Of a stretch of DNA of 64,000 nt, positions 27,347-40,045 are shown piece by piece (position 1 is the stretch's first letter; each line of letters starts with the position of its first letter). The notes under the pieces are model-generated. The model was not told where the DNA came from, searched no databases, and worked only from the letters and a program-made list of their open reading frames with translations. Made by a program: the position numbers and the translations under genes. This DNA comes from Octopus sinensis (Eukaryota). Location of the stretch: the NCBI RefSeq assembly GCF_006345805.1, contig NC_043000.1, positions 104,718,001 through 104,782,000 on the forward strand, read 5' to 3'.

Positions 27347-27584
27347 AGAGAGAGTTTCTATATATTATACGATATACATGCCTGCATATGCGTGTAGGAG
27401 TATGTATGTGTATATATCTGCACGTGTGCATCTGGGTGACTACAGTGTTCACTGTCTGTATGTATTGGATGCATACGTATATGTGAATGTTTATAAACTG
27501 TTTCTGAATGAAAATGTATGTATGTATGTATGTATGTATGTATGTATGTATGTATGTGTGTATGTATGTATGTATGTATGTATG

Positions 27585-27674
27585 TAAAGATCTACAATGT
27601 CATGTACAGAATTGGCAGCTAAAACCGGTAAAGGTTTTAGCTGCCAATTCTGTACAAGACATTGTAGATCTTTA
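27585..27674. repeat. Near-perfect inverted repeat (42-bp arms, 6-nt loop)
   Basis: Arms 27585-27626 and 27633-27674, 1 mismatch, loop GGTAAA. Confidence 0.95.
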
Positions 27675-27802
27675 GCTGGGCTAAAAAGTCACATTCGATC
27701 ATAGCACCAATAGCAGTTAAGCTTCGTGCAATGGCCGTACTCGATAACGAGGGAGTAGCCATCATGTATGTATGTATGTATGTATGTATGTATGTATGTA
27801 TG

Positions 27803-28795
27803 CTCTTGTCTTTCTCCTAATTTTGAGTAAATTTTGACCAGCCACCTACTTGGTAGCAAAGTTGTGAAATAAAGTATCTTGTTGTAACCCTCATTCTTTG
27901 AATCTTAAGATGGTTTTGAAGATTTTATTGTCCCAGTTATCATGATCATTTGTAGAGTAGAAATTAAGGATTTCCGTTCTCTTCCCAAGAACCTAAGTTC
28001 AGTCGCTCCAGACGGGCTGGTATGTATCCTGTTGCTCCAGTAATAATATGTTAGGATTATTAAGCTAATTAAACGCTTTGTTTCAAACCAAACTAATGTA
28101 TCTTGAGTACAAGACTTGCAAGCAAACTCCTTACCAATGCTACATTGATGTCTTCGTTCCCTTCTATTTTTTCACCGTTATGGTGTCCAGGGGGCAGCTT
28201 GTTTCCACAGCAAAATATATCTTTTACTTGAGGTTCCAGACGACAATATCTGGTCGGTTGTGTTTTAGCTTAGTGATTATCTTAAATTTTAAGCTCCACC
28301 AACATTCTTTTGACCCATCAGTTTCAATATGATCACCTTCGTATGTAGGTATTTTCTTTCTTTCTTTTTTTTGTTATCCTGTTCCAGACCGTTCTAGTCA
28401 GAGCCTCGTGGGAAGATAAAATCCGGATGACATTTTCTCGCAGTTGGCAATAATGTGGTTGATGTCTTCAGTCATTGTCATGCACAGCCTACATTTGTTG
28501 TCAGTCAATGTTTTCTGTCTCTTATGCTGTAAGTACTTGGCGGGGATCTCTTCTTGAACTGCAAGGAGGTAGCCTTCAAAGTGGGATGTCATAAACTTGT
28601 TGGTACTCCATGACAAGCTTTTGACATGATCAATCCCTTCTATGGTTTGTGTTTTTTTTTGGTGCTAAGTACTCATGTGCTATCTTCTTAGTAAACTGGT
28701 TTATGTTTCTAGTTTATTGTTCTGATAAACAGATTTTAACAATGCTCCTTGGGGAGTTATCTGTATCAACTCTTATTTCATACCTCTCCTCAAGT
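27803..28795 (-). mobile_element. R4/Dong-type LINE 3' portion
   Basis: Reads SHFEGYLLAVQEEIPAKYLQHKRQ..DNKCRLCMTMTEDINHIIANC (CCHC), ...IITGATGYI..., LQMIMITGTIK. The 3' end joins (ATAC)n at 27763-27802. Confidence 0.8.
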
Positions 28796-28803
28796 TCATT
28801 ATG

Positions 28804-28835
<32 letters not shown>

Positions 28836-29409
28836 CGTGTGTGTGTGTGTAGGTGTGTGTGTGTGTGTGTGTGTTGTGTGTGTGTGTGGTGTGTGTGTGT
28901 GTGTGTGTGTGTGTGTGACCTTGAATATATGTGGACAAACACTGACAAGTAGTTTTATACGAGAGAAGACATGCATCTCACTATTTAATTTAACTCCCAA
29001 TGATCTGAATCTTCACTTTACTTCAAACAGACGCCAATTTCCTGTTATTCCGGCATTTCCAATTGTCATTAACACATCACACAGATTTTTCTCATTATTT
29101 TATAGTTATTTTCAATAAATTTAATTAAGCTAAGCATATTTGTCATTATTGACGGCACGGTTACGTACACACACACACACACACACACCTGCATATATGA
29201 TTGTATTTTTCCGTAACAAAATACAAAAAACAAAAGAAAAACGAGGAAAAATTATTATATAAACAAGGTATTTTTTTTTTAATGCTTCTTGGCAGACTAG
29301 CTTCCTTTCTTCTATATAGAATTTGACAAATTCAGTACTGAAGGAAGCGTGACAAATTCATCCGCGAAGGATACTTATCTTGTAAAAGTCATTAATTTAT
29401 ATATAATGT

Positions 29410-29455
<46 letters not shown>

Positions 29456-29626
29456 ATATATCCATGTATGTATCTATGAGCCATTTTAGCTATCAAATGA
29501 CATAAAAACTATTATCATTTTTCATTTATTCTGTACGTTGCAAATTTTCTTCGCTGTCACTGACACGATACCACACAGCTATTTCAAACGTAGTTACTGC
29601 ACACAGACACACAGAGACACACACAC

Positions 29627-29712
<86 letters not shown>

Positions 29713-30107
29713 ACTTACACACACACACATATACACACACATACAATCACATACACACACACACACACATACACAGCGATTCTGTTACTAGGCACTTCTG
29801 TTGTCTATGACCAATATTTTAGCTCATCATCCATCTCCACTTCCCTCGACTCAAAAATGTCGTTTAACCAAATTATCGACTTCCGGATACATTCCAGTCA
29901 CAACACTTCTCAATATAGGGTCTGTAGCCTGAAGCACCCGACTTCCTCCTTTCCTTATGGTAACTCTATTTAAGCTACCACATTTCCTCTTAGATTATTT
30001 GTTAATCACAAAGACCCTTTCAAGTTCCCTTTGATCCTTGGAAATATGTGTCAGTAAATGTAAAATTCTGGGAAAAGATGGCGTTCCTCTTTTGTTTCTA
30101 GATCTAA

Positions 30108-31745
30108 CTAGCAGTTTAGCCCGGCGTTGCCCGGGATTAAGTTAGGATTATTAAGCTAATCAAACGCTTTGTTTCAAACCAAACTAAGTTACACCGACGT
30201 CAAATTTGAGCGAAATCCATTGAAATTGGTAAACGTTTGGCTGAGAATGGGTTGCAGACAATTTGATTGGGAAATCCCATAAGGAATCGGTTTATCGATT
30301 TTTCCACTCATCGATTTTTTTTTTTTTTTTTGAGAACTTAAAGCATTCAAAGATCCCATAAGTCCTAAGCAACGCCAACATAAAGTTTGAACAAAATACG
30401 TCAAAATTGGTAAAAGTTATTGCTGAAAATGGGGTGTAGCCAATTTTAGTGGGAAATCCTATAAGGAATCGGTTTATCGTTTTCTCATCCTGATTGAATG
30501 GAAAACCCCATAAGGAATTAGTTTATTGATTTTTTACGCCAAAGAGGATTTAACCGAACACAACATTGCTGATTCAAAAAATCTACATTTATACTTTAAA
30601 GTTAGTTTTCACACCCAACCTAGCTCTGCAGAATCAGTGTCACGACGGGAACGTATGGGTTGGGAGTTTGACTGGCAGAGGTGATCAGGTTTCACATGCC
30701 GGCCCTTTCGAACCACCACCCCTCATCATCTAACCCCCCTTGGCCCATGGGTTAAGAACCCTTCCGGCAAGGAAAATATAACGCCCAAAAGGGCTCCCGT
30801 TTCTCTGTGTCAGAAGAGGTTATGTTCGGATCACAACTAAGCATCGAAGATATGCATTGGTGAAGGTTGCCTCGGAGATCTGCATCGAAGGTCTGCATTG
30901 GAGAAGGTTACATCGAAGGTTTGCACTGGATAAGGATGCATCGAAGGTTTGCATTGGAGATCTGCAATGAAGAAGGTTGACTCAAAGATTTGAATTGGAT
31001 AAGGTTGCACAAGAGATCTGCATTGGAGAAGGTTGATTCGAAGGTTTGCATTGGGGATCCGGATTGGAGTGACGTAGGAAAACTTACTAACAGCCTTAAC
31101 AAAAAAATAAGGGGCCTGGCCTTTCTAGCCTAACTCTATGAGCAACTTGGCCAAGCGCTGATATCGGCCGAGTGAGCATTGTTGTCGGAGAAGTCAGCAT
31201 TGTCCAATAAAGAAGAGGAAGAGACCATGAGTGATATTGCCATGGTTTGAGAATATGTCCGGCCAATGCTTCCGGATCACCTGTTTATAACCACATAAGC
31301 TGCAATGGTGACTTGTTCTTCTTTTACGCCTATAAAACTTCGCTATAGACAACATTGTGTGTTCTACCCTGAGGAGCATACACAAAAAGACCGTTTCTAC
31401 TCTCCACACGGGAGCAGGCCACATAAAGTTGCCCGTGTGAAAAGCACGGTGCCCCCAAATGGATGCCTGCCACCGATAGTGTTTGGCCTTGGGATTTGTT
31501 GATGGACATGGCGAAGCATGGCATCACCGGAAACTGCGATCTGCGGAAGTTAAACGGCATGTCTGACCCCGAGGGATTAGGGGCATACTTGAAATGAAAA
31601 CATTTCACCCCTACCGCACCCCGTAACAATGGTGGCCTCAATAAAGTAGGGCATCAGGGACTTGACTACCAAGCAGGTCCCGTTGCACTGTTTAGGAGGA
31701 TGAAGCGCGTACGCTTTATTCCATTTGAGTTTTATTGAATGACTA
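30108..31745 (-). mobile_element. Non-autonomous Helitron carrying a helicase C-terminal remnant
   Basis: 3' end ...cccgggcaacgccgggctaaactgCTAG followed by T at 30107. 31330-31745 reads HPPKQCNGTCLVVKSLMPYFIEATIVTGCGRG (frameshift) ...PFNFRRSQFPVMPCFAMSINKSQGQTL...CFSHGQLYVACSRV, i.e. Pif1-type helicase motifs V/VI. Confidence 0.85.
30841..31075. repeat. Minisatellite of about 27 bp (catcgaaggtttgcattggagaaggtt-like)
   Basis: Repeated tcgaaggt(t/c)tgcattgg motifs. Confidence 0.75.
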
Positions 31746-31958
31746 GCTTATGTATCTATGTTTGTATGCACATATGTATATATATATATAAGTATCCATT
31801 CTAAATGCCAGGCGCCCAGTCTCAGTATTTTCTTCACTCAGGACTGCAGCTCCTTCAAGAAGATGAGCTGCGGAAAGACGAACCTAACAAACGGAGACCA
31901 CACACGCTCACCATCCAGAATATATGTAATATATATGTATATATATATAATATATATA

Positions 31959-32002
<44 letters not shown>

Positions 32003-33182
32003 ATATATATATATGTACATATATGTGTATGTGTATGCATATATAAATACACACGCACATATATCTATATATATATATATGCGCACACAAAAATGCACGC
32101 ATACACACATACACACACACAAATACATATACATACACGCACGTACACGCACACACGCGCGCATCCACACACACACTTGCAGACATCGATTCTTTCTGAC
32201 CAAAACATCAGGTTGAAGGAGATAAAGAAACTATCGAAATACAAGAGTCTCAATATAATATAAAAGGAAAAAAAAAAAAAAGACACAGGATTTGGGTGTG
32301 GCAGGCTAAAAGGGAAAATAGTCTTAATAATGATTGGAATCCTAAGCGTGATGAAGAACATAAGCAAAAATATAAAAACCATACCAAAGCTCACAACTCT
32401 ACAAACAATTTCCATCCTACGTAAGACACTGTCAATTCAAAAGCACTCCCTACACAAAACACAACACATAGCCTATACAGTCATCACTCTACAACATTGT
32501 GTAACAAAATTTCTATTTATTTATTTATTTATTTATTTGTCTTTGGCCAGTAAGTGTTATTTTCTATTTCCTTCTGTCTAGAAATCAAAGGAAATGACTA
32601 CTATTCCCTTCAGACTTTGCTTTTGTAACCTGGGAATCAATGTTTTGAAACTGACCTAGTTTCCATTTCATTTCAGACAGATTCAGCACTGAGTTGCTGA
32701 ATCAGAAACATCGTTATAGCAAATACTCTGCTCAGTACCACAGATTTACTTGACCATAACCACTTGAGCATGTCCCTTAGTGGCTGACAATATGTGCATC
32801 TCTGATCATGAACAGGAGTTGTGGGTGAGCATCATAACCATGAGATGAGAGGAATTCTTTGGGGTTTGAATAAATGTAAGAAAAGCAAAGTTTGAAGGAA
32901 ATATTAGCTGTTTTTCGTACTTTCTAGAGGTAAGCATATAAAAAAATAACAGTAGCTACCTAAGGACAAAAATCGTGTTACACAGTATAATAAAACAGAA
33001 TCCACACAGTACAGAACTCTACACAATCACCAGATAATAACATATCACATATTCTCACATAATAGACTCTCGGCACTATTATACATCTCAGACATCACCA
33101 GCATCTCTCACAATTTATAATCTACACAATGAACACCCAACAATATGATGTAACCCACAGAACTCACGAAGCATAAACAATA

Positions 33183-33595
33183 GGCGCAGGAGTGGCTGTG
33201 TGGTAAGTAGCTTGCTTACCAACCACATGGTTCCGGGTTCAGTCTCACTGTGTGGCACCTTGGGCAAGTGTCTTCTACTATAGCCTCGGGCCGACCAAAG
33301 CCTTGTGAGTGGATTTGGTAGACGGAAACTGAAAGGAGCCCATCGTATATATGTATATATATATATATATATATGTATGTGTATGTGTGTGTGTTTGTCC
33401 CCCTAGCATTGCTTGACAACCGATGCTGGTGTGTTTATGTCCCCGTAACTTAGCGGTTCGGCAAAAGAGACCGATAGAATAAGTACTGGGCTTACAAAGA
33501 ATAAGTCCTGGGGTCGAGTTGCTCGATAAAAGGCGGTGCCCCAGCATGGTCGCAGTCAAATGACTGAAACAAATAAAAGAGTAAAAGAGTAAATA
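33183..33595 (+). mobile_element. CORE-like tRNA SINE family A, full length
   Basis: tRNA head, CORE-like gcaccttgggcaagtgtctt, internal (TA)/(TG) repeats, tail aaagagtaaaagagtaaa. Confidence 0.85.
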
Positions 33596-33853
33596 TACAA
33601 TCACCGCCCAACAAAATAATTAAGATCACATTGTACAATTTATATTCTACACTACAACAAAGATGGGGCACAAGCGCAGGCACAGGCAACCTTCCTCGGA
33701 CCGCACGAGACATGGCTCATCATCTGGCAAGCTGCAGTAGTAAAAAGATTATACATGTTATTTTCTTTAGGAAATTAGGCGTGCCAGTCAGAAAGTCTCG
33801 TAGGTTTCAATTTGCTTATACCATAAATAATAAAGCTTAGAAACAAAACATAC

Positions 33854-33880
33854 AAGCGGCATACGAACCCAGTTCTACAA
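33854..33880 (-). other. Candidate 27-nt exon
   Basis: gtttttcttttgcag|TTGTAGAACTGGGTTCGTATGCCGCTT|gtatgt. Strong splice signals; open in phases 1 and 2. Confidence 0.25.
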
Positions 33881-33967
33881 CTGCAAAAGAAAAACGTTGC
33901 AGAACTCGGTAGTGCATCTGTTGGTGCATTATAAATTCGCATAGAACTGTTAAAAAACATCATGATA

Positions 33968-33999
<32 letters not shown>

Positions 34000-35072
34000 G
34001 GTGGTGGTGGTGGTGGTGGTGATGATGATGATGATGATGATGATGTCGACGATGACGATGACGACGATGATTTCATAAACTCTCTGAATGCTAATGATTT
34101 TTCTCTCTAACTGATATCTGCAAGTTTCCATGAACTAGTCTGCTGTTAATTAAATGTTTCACATCTCAGTCAAGAAATTCCCATCTAGAAGAGAAAGGAA
34201 AGAAAAACAAAAACGAAGCAAAACATTTAATTATCGTGTTCCAATATTTACACAAGATTGATGATGTTCTGCCGGAAACATCGCCATCTTTGCTTCCCTC
34301 CCTCCCTTTTACCCACTATCTCACTTCCTGTGTGTCGGCAGTAAATATCATGAATAAATAAATGAATAAAAATACAGAGACAGTTTAAAGTTCATTGCTA
34401 TCTATTTTATTTATTTTCCCCTGTTATTTGTTTTTCCTACTGTAGTTTCCTTGTGTGAGTTATGATTATTGTTTGGGCAGCGCTACCATAGCGCACAGCG
34501 TTATGAGTGGCAGAATCGTCAAACATTAAACTAATGACTTCCTGTATCCGGTTATGTCTCTACATTCTGGGTTCAAATCCCGAATAAAATTGACTTTGTT
34601 TTTCAGCCTTCCGGGATCGATAAAGCATGTACCAGTTGTTTCACTCTGATCAAATAATCAACTCTGATCAAACAGACCTGTAATTAAAAGCGTTCCAGCC
34701 ATGAACATCCTGTCGGACGATTACATTGTCTTATGTGTCACTTCCCTTTTTAAGACAGTAGGATGTGATTTAAGTGAGATTTGGCTGCTCTTTCTGGAAG
34801 GTTGAACGATAGGATAGAAGCTTTGATCAGCCCTAATCTAGCACTCCTATGATCAAAAGCATTCCAACCGTGACCAACTGTCTTTTTTCCCAATGAACAA
34901 GAACCTTTATTCACATAATTGAACGCCTCCCTTTTCCATTTAAACGGTAGGGTGTAATTTCAAGATGATTTGGTTGTATGACCATAAGTCAAAAACTGTG
35001 ATTGACGTTAACGAGTATTTCACCTTCCTTCACAAAAACGAAACAAACTGTAGTCTCATGGCTATTCTGGAA

Positions 35073-35593
35073 ATCATTCTTAACAGAGAGGCGGTGGCTG
35101 AGGGTTGTGAATGGTAGAACTAACTAAACACCAGGCACATGACTAGAGCTATTAAGTTTATTTGAGCTCAAATCTTATTAGGGTTAAAGTAGGACCATCT
35201 TAATGCATTGGCACGCTGACCAGTTGCCTAGCAGCCCCACGCATCAAGGAGTCGCACGGTTCTAGGTTTACAATTCGGACCTATGTATGCTGTGGATTGC
35301 TGTCAATAAATAAATACTATAGGGCACAGGGCATTGATCATTCTTAACAGAGAGGCGGTGGCTGATGGTTGTGAATGGTAGAACTAACTAAACACCAGGC
35401 ACATGACTAGAGCTATTAAGTTTATTTGAGCTCAAATCTTATTAGGGTTAAAGTAGGACCATCTTAATGCATTGGCACGCTGACCAGTTGCCTAGCAGTC
35501 CCACGCATCAAGGAGTCGCACGGTTCTAGGTTTACAATTCGGACCTATGTATGCTGTGGATTGCTGTCAATAAATAAATACTATAGGGCACAG
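35073..35593. repeat. Tandem duplication, 257-bp copies at 264-bp period
   Basis: 35073-35329 versus 35337-35593, 2 substitutions. Confidence 0.95.
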
Positions 35594-35632
35594 AATCGAT
35601 AAATGAAATTCCAGACAAATATTGTAGTCGAT

Positions 35633-35745
35633 TCTTCTTCTTCTTCTTCTTCTTCTTCTTCTTCTTCTTCTTCTTCTTCTTCTTCTTCTTCTTCTTCTTC
35701 TTCTTCTTCTTCTTCTCCTCCTTCTTCTTCTCCTCCTCCTCCTCC
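35633..35745. repeat. (TTC)n/(CCT)n microsatellite
   Basis: Direct reading. Confidence 0.95.
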
Positions 35746-36100
35746 TCATCTCCCCTACCCCCACCCTTCAGTGATTGGAATTCAGACAAGAAAACAGTTT
35801 GGTCGAATGAACATGGTATGGATGAGCGTGCTGCAAGAAGAATATAAAAAACAAAAAAGATAGCACTCTCAACTTAAACACATACACACACACAAACACA
35901 TTAAGCATACGCACACTCTATAAACATATGCATGCACATATAAAATGTGCGCGTTTGACTGTGTATGCACGTGAATATGTTGAGTCGCGTATGATACATT
36001 AATATAAGTGTGCAGACGACAGCAGCCAAGAATAATGTCAATGTGAGAGATAATAAAATCGTTATTATCGTTCATTAAGAAAATAATAATAATAATAATG

Positions 36101-36143
<43 letters not shown>

Positions 36144-36181
36144 TAATAATAATAATAATAATAATATGAATAATAATAATG

Positions 36182-36247
<66 letters not shown>

Positions 36248-36262
36248 TGAATAATAATAATG

Positions 36263-38840
36263 ATTTCATTTAGTTGCCACAAGGGCAAAGATGAAGGGGA
36301 CAATACAAAGACAGACATAAAGTGTAGGGGCTTACGTGTAATGAAATGGTAAATAAAAAAAGGAATGAAAGAAAGAAATTAAGTATATATGATATACACT
36401 GAAAAAGAAGGGATATGTGAATAGCATGCAAAAGTTTTTAAAAAAGTGGCGGGGAGGATGGTAGAGATGTGGCCCTCCTGATACAGAAAGGCCTCTAGGG
36501 ATAATCTAGGAACCCCACTGTCCCTGAAAACTCAGGAGTAAGTGCCCTCTCCAATTCCTTCTTTCCGACTCACAGGTCTACACCTAGAGAAGTACCATCG
36601 ACTCTTGCCATTTTCGCAACTTTCACCCACCTTTCAATAAACTCCCTCGAGGATAGCTCTTCCCTTTCCACTCTCAATTTCCTTTTCAAGTGAAACTGAA
36701 GAATTCAATGAGAGCTCTACCAAAGAGGAATGTCTTTGTCTTTATGCCTTTCGGCCTTGTCCACTAAACAACCTCTTCGGTTACAGCCACCCGGCAAAGG
36801 AAAACTGCCTTGCCAGCCCGATTGAAGGAGGGCGGCGGTGCGATCATCACTACAGACTCGGTCGACAGACGGATCCGTCCCATACGTGACAGCAGCTGTT
36901 CGACATAACCCCATAAGTAAGCAATGCCCGGACGCTGAACGAGGGTGTGCAGAACGGTTTTGTCACTCTGCGAACATCGCCCCCCCCCCGGTAACACTGC
37001 CAAGTCAAGGACATCTGGAAATTATCTATGATAGTTCCTGACCGGAAAATCCTCCGGAACAGACTAGCCAGTTTGTTTTCGTCGACGCCGCCCAGAGTCT
37101 CCCCAAGAACGTCGCCGTACTTCCCCGCCACTAATCCACTAAATTTCTAAAGCGGAACATCCATCGATCCTGTGAGCGTCTAACGACATTCTAAATGCCA
37201 GGCGCCCAGTCTCAGTATTTTCTTCACTCAGGACTGCAGCTCCTTCAAGAAGATGAGCTGCGGAAAGACGAACCTAACAAACGGAGACCACACACGCTCA
37301 CCATCCAGAAATCATTGAGGGTGACGTAGCCTAAGAGCATGTCTGCGCATTAGGGGCCACGGCATACCTAATCCGCCACTTAGAGGATGTTGGCAAGAGA
37401 CTGACCACCTGACCATTGGAAAATTTAAACAAGAGACGCTCTAATCTGGTCAAGTAGTAACCGGGACAAGGCACGACGATCAGGTGATAAATGATGCGAT
37501 GTAAGCATTCGCCACCTCTGCCCGAACTTTCAGGGTCAGCTTCCCCTCAGCCCATTTCTTGGTAAGACTGGATACCTGTTCAACACCTCTTCCCAGTTCT
37601 TAGCCTGGAGGTCGGAACCAATCCAGACCCCGAACAGTTTAAGTGGTCCGTCGGTCCCGCGTCCGACGACACCGTCTGATAGCATCGTCCTGCCTCTTTA
37701 GGAGCTCAACCGACTTGTCGGCGTTGGTTTTAGCCCCTGCAACCGACTCATATTCTTTTAGGATGGTGCCAACTTCTTCACTTCAGAGGCATCCGATACC
37801 ATGACAGTGACGTCGTCCTCGTATTCCGAAACTGCCCTTCCTTGTCCCAATCCGAAAAGGATGCCTCTTAACTGTTCCAACTTCCACAGCAGTAGATCGA
37901 GTGCAAATACGTACAGAAGATGTGAGACAGAGGGAATCCCTGAAGGACCGAGCGTGCGATGCCAAACAGCTCTGATAGGTGACCACTGAACAGGTGCCGC
38001 TGTGCATTGCAGCGATCCAGCCACTGAAAATAGGTCGAAACCACCTGCGTTCAGGGCGGCTTCCAAGTAGTGATGGTCGACCTTATCGAATGCTTTCGAT
38101 TGATCCAAATTGATCAGAGCTGCTCCGCATAAGGTAGAGGTTGTCGTGGATAGACCTGCTCGGGATTGCGCACGTTTGCGCTTCTCCGACTAGGCCACCG
38201 ACGACAAGCGCCAGACTTTTCGCTAACACCTTGACCAGCAGAGTTATGGGCCGAAAATTCTCTGGTACGTCCCGATTGTCGGCATCCTGCCTCAGAAGTG
38301 TCACCACATCTCTGCTAACAACACTGGGAATTCTCCCGTTTTGTTGCCAGTTGCGGTAGACGTCTTCCAAGAGGTCGCCAAACAAATCTGGCATGAATAC
38401 ATAGAATTCAAAGAGCAGATCATCCAAATCGGGCGATCTGCGACTTGTGCAATCGCTCATCGCCTCCCAAATTTCAGCGGCTTTTATCGGCTTTTCACAT
38501 AAACTCGCGTCAGCTGCCGAGAGCCGCGGCAAGCCGTCCAGGTACGAACTAAAGTACAATACCGTCGTCGACCCATTGCCCTCTCCAAATAGCTGTGCAA
38601 AGTGCTGCTGAAAAGTTGCACACGTCTGCTCGGAGGTCCGACCCGTCAGACATCTGATCGTGATTTTATTTTCACATCGCGTCTCCACCGTTCGGGACGA
38701 TCGGACTGCTTTAGTTCCTTCCTGTTTGAGCGCACGGGCCTTAGCTCTGAAAACGCAACCTTCGTGTTTCGCTTCGAAGAAATGATCAAGATCATTCTCG
38801 CCGTTAACACATCAGTCGCCATGCACTTTTAAATCGACTC
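36263..38840 (-). mobile_element. Tx1/L1-clade LINE, 5'-truncated, with degenerate reverse transcriptase
   Basis: Reads RSPDLDDL..EFY..ENFRPITLL..KVLAK..QTCAIPSRSIHDNLYLMR..LDQSKAFDKVDHHYL..YEDDVTV (YADD position). Has the family 3' end. (AAT)n on both flanks (36081-36262, 38843-38940). Confidence 0.85.
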
Positions 38841-38897
38841 TCCTAATTTGCTAATAATAATAATAATAATAATAATAATGATAATAGATGGTGGTGG

Positions 38898-38934
<37 letters not shown>

Positions 38935-38935
38935 A

Positions 38936-39403
38936 ATAATCCTTTTTAATATAGGCACGAGGCCTGACATTTTTGGGGAGGAGCCAGTCGATTTGATCGA
39001 CCCCAGTATGTAACTTGTACTTAATTTATCGACCCCGAAAGTATGAAAGGCAAATTCGACCCCGGCGGAATTTGAACTCGGAACATAAATACCTATTTCT
39101 TTACTACTCACAAGGGGCTAAACACAGAGAGGACAAAGAAGGACAGACAAACGAATTAAGTCGATTATATCGACTCCAGTGTGTAACTGGTACTTATTTA
39201 ATCGACCCCGAAAGGATGAAAGGCAAAGTCGACCTCGGCGGAATTTGAACTCAGAACGTAGTGACAGACGAAATACTGCTAAGCATTTCTCCCAGCGTGC
39301 TAACGATTCTGCTAGCTCGCCTTATATATATATACGCTGTGTGTACGCTGTGTGTGTGAGTGAGTGAGTGAGTGAGTGAGTGAGTGAGTGTGTGTATGTG
39401 TGT

Positions 39404-39447
<44 letters not shown>

Positions 39448-39658
39448 TAGTTTTTCAGCACGGTTTCTGTTTATAAAAATCCACACAAAAGGCACATGGT
39501 ACCGTCGAAAAAAGATACGCTGTGAGATCGAACCCAGAACCACGAAAGGATGAAAGGCAAAGTCGACTTCGGCGGAATTTGAACTCAGAACGTAGCGGCA
39601 GACGAAATACTGCTAAGCATTTCGCCCGGCATGCTAACGCCTCTGTCAGCTCGCCGCC

Positions 39659-39713
<55 letters not shown>

Positions 39714-39997
39714 TGATGATAATGATGATGATGATGATGATGATGATAGATGGAGATGATGATGATGATAATAATAATAATAACCCTTTCTAATATAGGC
39801 ATGAGACCTGACATTTTGGGGGAGGAGCCAGTTAATTTGATTGGCCCAGTACACAACTGGTACTCAATTTATCGACCCCGAAAGGATAAAAAACACAGTC
39901 GACCTCAACGGAATTTGAACCCAGAACGTAGCGACAGGCGAAATACGGCTAAGTCCTTCGTCCGGCGCGCTAACGTTTCTGCCACCTCGCCACCTTA
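38936..39997 (-). mobile_element. Cluster of four co-oriented family B SINEs separated by (AAT)/(GAT)/(TG) repeats
   Basis: Copies at about 38936-39083, 39092-39323, 39545-39660 and 39783-39997. Confidence 0.8.
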
Positions 39998-40013
39998 ACA
40001 ACAACAACAACAA

Positions 40014-40045
<32 letters not shown>

